39,413 nucleotides of DNA. It comes from Malacoraja senta (taxonomy: Eukaryota). Positions 34,707 to 39,413 of this stretch are shown piece after piece (position 1 is the first letter of the stretch; each line of letters begins with the position of its first letter). Below the pieces are notes generated by a model. The model did no database searches. It was given only the letters and a program-made list of their open reading frames with translations, and was not told where the DNA came from. A program made the translations under genes and the position numbers. Location: positions 1 to 39,413 of the forward strand of contig JAXLNO010000378.1 of assembly GCA_038087875.1 (NCBI GenBank). Reading direction: 5' to 3'.

Positions 34707-35653
34707 TTTAGACAGAGCCATGTTCCCTGGTTAAAGTAATTGTAGTTGGCTCCTGTTACAGGGAAAGTAGAGTTTAATATTGTGGCTAAGTCTCACTTTT
34801 ACTAATGCTGCCCTTCCAAATACTGTAATTTTTGCAGTTGGTTTAAATCTCTGATTTGGATATATCTGCATTGGCACAATTTCCTAGCCAGTCTTCCTCT
34901 GAAGGAGTGAGCAATTCCTGTTAGTTTCAACCCAGAGTCTCCAAAGACTGGGTTCTATGCTGCTAGAAATATCTGCTAGGGTTAGACAGTCTCCTCCCAA
35001 TCTGCCAATGTTGGCATGTGCTGGGGCAAACTTCTTCCCCATCACTGTTACTTTGGTTTGTCGCTGATTTAATTCAAAGGATGTTTTCATTTAAAGCAAT
35101 GCGTGACTCAAGGGTGTGTTTTCACTAGATATTCTGAACACCTTGTATGCTGCTGTTGGTGTACAGGCATTGATGCCCATGGTATACAGCAGCAGGTGGC
35201 AGTCACAGAACAGTGTTTGGTTTAGCTGGGGTGTTGCTGTGCCAGTTGATTAAGTCAATGTATTCTGCTAACTTGCAGGATTCACTGCTGCTGTCACACG
35301 CAATGGGCCTTCCTGGAGATATTTCTCCAGGCACTGTCCACGTGTCTGGGTGTTCATTTTGGAGAATGTATAATTTTGTCACCCGGGGCTCTGTTCATTA
35401 CATTGCTGCGGGCTTCTAAATATGGTCGATGCACCAAGAACATGTGGTGCCCATCCAAAATGTGTCCAAACTCCTTCATTGCCTGATAGATGGGCTGTCA
35501 ACATGGTGATCCAAGTGTGTGTTTGTGGTTATAGGTGTGAAACAATGTTGGGAGGTTTCAAACTATTAGTGAATGCTGTATCGCCAAATTGTTGTATCGC
35601 CGAATTGTGTCGCGTTTGAATTTTGAGTTTTGGGGGGGTTGGGTGTTGGTCAG
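34707..35653 (-). pseudogene. Best-preserved Neptune-like Penelope RT relic
   Basis: Minus translation: LYIL.K...TWTVPGEISPGRPIACDSSSESCKLAEYIDL..LAQQHPS and FELN..QTKVTVMGKKFAPAHANI (the PLE GTAMGxxFAPxYANI motif). Confidence 0.85.
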
Positions 35654-38600
35654 TGTAGATTGGCTATTGCATGTTAGCCAATCAGAATGCTTAGTAATTA
35701 TAACTCTGCTTAATTATAACATTTATAGTGTAAGAACTCACCTGCTGCCTGCCAGTAGCTGCAGTAGTGTGAACTTATGATGTACTGCTTAGATGATGAT
35801 GAACTGAACAATAAAGATGCTTGTGATTCAACCTGTGTGAGATTAAGCTATTTACATGGTGTCAGAAAATCGGGTCTAGCCCACGTCTGTTAACCGCGAT
35901 TTATTTTGTTTATCAGTTTTTATTTGTGAATGATTTTGATGACATGGCAAACTCTTGTCGAAAGCCGAGCCCGCTTGTGTTTGATTCCGATGTTGCCGAG
36001 TGACGGCAAATGTTTGAGCGCGACAATGCTCATTATATCCGCATCGTTCACCAAAACGACCCCGACGATCTGAAGGCATCGCTACTGTTGAATCTAGCGG
36101 GTCCAGAGGCTATGATCCGCGCCGACTCTTTTGAATTCGCGCATGGTCTGGTAGTGGTGCCAGTTGAGACTGTCCACAATCCAACAGTTCTGCTGAGAAA
36201 GTTTAGAGAACTATGCGACCTGCCATCGACTCGCATCCTCAAGAGAACAAGATTTTTTGCCCGACAGCAACAGGCTGATGAGCCTGTGGAACGATTTAGC
36301 AGCGATCTGAGACATATCGGCTCTCGATGCCAATTTGGTGAGTTGACAAATGAACTAGTACGAGATAAAATTGTGGGAGGAATGAGCGACCGCAAGTTAA
36401 GAGCCGAATTGCTGTGGAACGCTGAGCTGACTTTAGAGCAAGCCATTCATGCATGTCGAATGGCAGAAACTGTAGCCCCACTAGCTGATTTTGGTAGCGC
36501 GAACCCTCAACAGCAACATAATGTGAATCTGGCTAGTTATTCTCCTAAAAGATTTCTAACTGCATCCTGCAAAGATCAAAATGTGCCTGCCACGAGATGC
36601 ACTAACTGCAACTATTTCCACTCTAGGGGCGCCAATTTTGCGTTGCCCATGGGAAAGTATGTCATAATTGCAAGAAACTCAACCACTTTGCTAATTGTTG
36701 TCGGTCTAGTGGGAGTACTGCTTCAAGGACGAAGCTGCACCTGATTCAACAAGGCCCTTCTGATTCCCAAGAACAAGTCGAGGTTCCCACGGGAACGATT
36801 CCGATAACACAGACATTGACTCTACCGTACTTTCCCTAAACCTGCGCTCCTCAAGCAAACTGATTGATCCTGCAGTGACCATGATAATCATTAACAAACC
36901 TCTCATTGCCAAAGTCGATACCGGCGCCAGAGTATATGTTATGTCACTCAAAGAGTTCAACAAGATAAGAACCACTGAGCTCATGAAAAAAGACTCCTCC
37001 ACCCTAGATGCTTACGGAGGGGAAATTCTTCACCCATTGCGTAAAGCTGATTTGAAGTGCACTATCAACGAGCAGACAAAGAACATACTCTTCTACATTG
37101 TCCAACCAAGCTCAGAAACTCTGCTTGGCATCAATGCATGCCACAATCTGGGTCTGGTTTATTTCAGGCGTGCTGTCCACAAACTCTGTTTGACAGAGGA
37201 ACCAACACAACAGATGCCATCTAACTATAAAGACCTCTTTGATGACAAACTGGGCAAACTGCCTACAATATACAAGATCGCTGTAGATCATACGGTCACC
37301 CCAATTGTTCGTGCACCTCACCTCGTCCCTCGCGGCATGCGGGAGAAGATACACAACGAACTAAAGCATATGATCTCCATTGGAGTCATTGCCAAGGTCA
37401 GTGAACCCTCGGACTGGGTCTCCACTATGGTCGTTATCACAAAAAAAGATAAGAAGGAATTACGCATCTGCATCAATCCTAAAGATTTGAACACAGCAAT
37501 TAACCGCCAGCACTACCCAATGAGAACCACTGAGGATGTAGCGGCACAGATCGGCAATGCAACGGTATTCTCAGTCCTCGATGTCAAAAGCTCCTCCTGG
37601 CAAATCCCGTTGGACCTTGCGTCATCTGCACTAACAACTTGCCACTCCGTTCGGCCGCTACAGGTTTTTAAGAATGCCCTTCGGTATCAACTCTGCTAGT
37701 GATGTCTTTCAGCGCGCAATGGAACAGCTGTTCGCAGAATATCCTTGTGCCATCATTGTTGACGACATCCTAGTATGCGGCCGCAACGTGACTGAGCATG
37801 ATGCCAACCTGCGAAAAGTATTGAACCGTGCCAGAGACATTAATCTGAAACTCAACCCTCTGAAATGCAAGTTCAGAGTCTCCGAAGTTACATACGTCAG
37901 TCACGTGTTCACCAGCAACGGGTTAAAACCTGACCCACTGAAGACTGCAGCCATCAACGAGCTGCCGGTCTCAACTGACGTCACCAGCTTACAACGATTT
38001 CTCGGCATGGTCAATTATTTGGGCAAGTTCATCCCAAACCTCAGTGAACTTTCTGCTCCCCTACGACAACTGACCCACAAGGACAATGTCTGTTCTTGGT
38101 ATCCACAACATCAACGAGCTTTCGAGACTTTAAAATGCCAGCGCACCAACACTGGCATATTTCAATCTCAATCTGCCTGTAACAATTACCTGCGATGCAT
38201 CCCAGTATGGGCTAGGCGCAGCACGCCTACAAACTTCCTTCAACGGCGACGTGATGCCCATTTCTTACGCGTCACATACCCTGACTGATACGGAACAACA
38301 CTGTGCGCAGATAGAGAAGGAATTGCTCACCGTGGTTTTCGCCTGTTCGAAATTTAAAAACTTCATTTTTGGCAGAACCTTCATGGTCGAAACAGATCAC
38401 TAGCCACTAGTCACCATCCTCAGCAAACCAATCTATGCTGCCCCAGCTCGACTACAGCGGATGATGATGCAGCTACAACGGTTTGACTTTCGCATTGTCT
38501 ACAAAAAAGATAAAGACATGCACATCGCAGACACACTATCCAGAGCTCCAGCGAACAACACCCATTTGAACAGGACGAATTCTCTGTCCTAAAAGTCTTG

Positions 38601-38738
38601 TTCGTGCCCACTTATCGCCTGCGCCGCCTTGCCGAACGCACAGCTGCAGATAAAACTTCTCAGCTGCTGACCTCCATCATTAAGGGGCGGGTGGCCAAAC
38701 AAACTATCAAATACCCCGTTTGAAATACGACCCTACGA
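35654..38738 (+). mobile_element. Gypsy (Mag-like) LTR retrotransposon: 5' LTR plus decayed gag-PR-RT-RH, truncated before integrase
   Basis: LTR TGTAG..TTACA at 35654-35856; PBS TGGTGTCAGAA (tRNA-Leu-like); gag from 35944; KVDTGA protease; LRICINPKDLN, MPFGI, IIVDDIL RT; CDASQYGLGA and QIEKELL RNase H; several frameshifts. Confidence 0.95.
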
Positions 38739-39243
38739 CTTCCGGTGGCGCCACGATATACTAACAGACGCACACCTAGCTCCGCTCCCCAAAAATTCGC
38801 GATTTTTCACGTTAAAGCGGGTCTCCAGCTCAGAGTCCTCTGAGAACAGTTAAAAAACAGCTGCTGAAAAGCCTGAAGAATCCTGAAGAAGTTACCTCTG
38901 AAGTTCCTGAAGTGGCTGCAGAAATGTCTACAAAGATCTAAGACAGATCTGGCTAAGGATAAAGAATTTGAGGATTTGAAGAAATCGGTGAGAGATATTA
39001 AAGATGAAATTTTGAATGAAAATAAAATTATGATGGGAAAAATGATGGAAAAAATCAAAAAGATGGAGGATTCGAGTGCTGGTAATCAGAAGGTTATTGA
39101 TTCAATTGGCACTATAAATAAACGAATTGATGATGTGAAAGGTGAACTATCGGGGAGAATTGATAAGGTGGAAGAAGCTACTATGGACAGGTTCACGGCT
39201 GTGCTTGAAACAGTGGCTGCAAGCACAGCCGTGTTTGCAGCCA
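38739..39243 (+). mobile_element. Probable L1 5' UTR plus ORF1 coiled-coil fragment
   Basis: Starts CTTCCGGTGGCGCC (L1-like 5' end); K/E-rich heptad ORF (..[18 protein letters not shown]..). Confidence 0.6.
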
Positions 39244-39413
39244 CTGTATTGCGTACAGTTTTGGTCTCCAAATCTGAGGAAGGACATTATAGCCATAGAG
39301 GGAGTGCAGAGAAGGTTCACCAGACTGATTCCTGGGATGTCAGGACTTTCATATGAAGAAAGACTGGATAGACTTGGCTTATACTCGCTAGAATTTAGGA
39401 GATTGAGAGGGGA
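39244..39413 (+). mobile_element. CR1 fragment running off the window end
   Basis: Nearly identical to 29240-29406. Confidence 0.92.

Noticed and set aside
38976..39356. 126-aa ORF as a real gene
   Set aside because: Chimera of a probable L1 ORF1 fragment and out-of-frame CR1 sequence.
14600..39413. Uni-strand piRNA-cluster-like orientation bias
   Set aside because: Neptune, L1 3' and L2 are on minus but CR1, Gypsy, the LTR and the Poseidon body are on plus; the Neptune bias is explained by tandem duplication.

Overview
Eukaryotic, repeat-saturated genomic DNA. The repeat set (V-SINE/HE1-type SINEs, CR1, Rex1/Babar, L2, L1, Penelope) suggests a cartilaginous fish such as a skate or ray; this is an inference. 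No intact host protein-coding gene could be supported. 1-10.6 kb is AT-rich DNA holding a full-length decayed Tc1 (DD34E), two non-autonomous Helitrons and a bipartite RTE-derived element with a 15-bp TSD. From about 14.6 kb to 35.65 kb there is an old tandem array of roughly 5-6 diverged units. Each unit is a decayed Neptune-like Penelope ORF on the minus strand plus an inverted pair of hammerhead-like Penelope terminal-repeat sequences. An unexplained, possibly env-like relic is duplicated within the array. Later insertions into it include a 4-kb hAT (8-bp TSD) carrying an LTR/PBS, L1 and Rex fragments, a Harbinger MITE, L2, CR1, a Poseidon-like Penelope, a Helitron and an internally deleted Gypsy with both LTRs and a 5-bp TSD. 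The window ends in a decayed Gypsy gag-pol cut off by an L1 5' end and a CR1 fragment. All family calls come from motif recognition by eye, not database searches.
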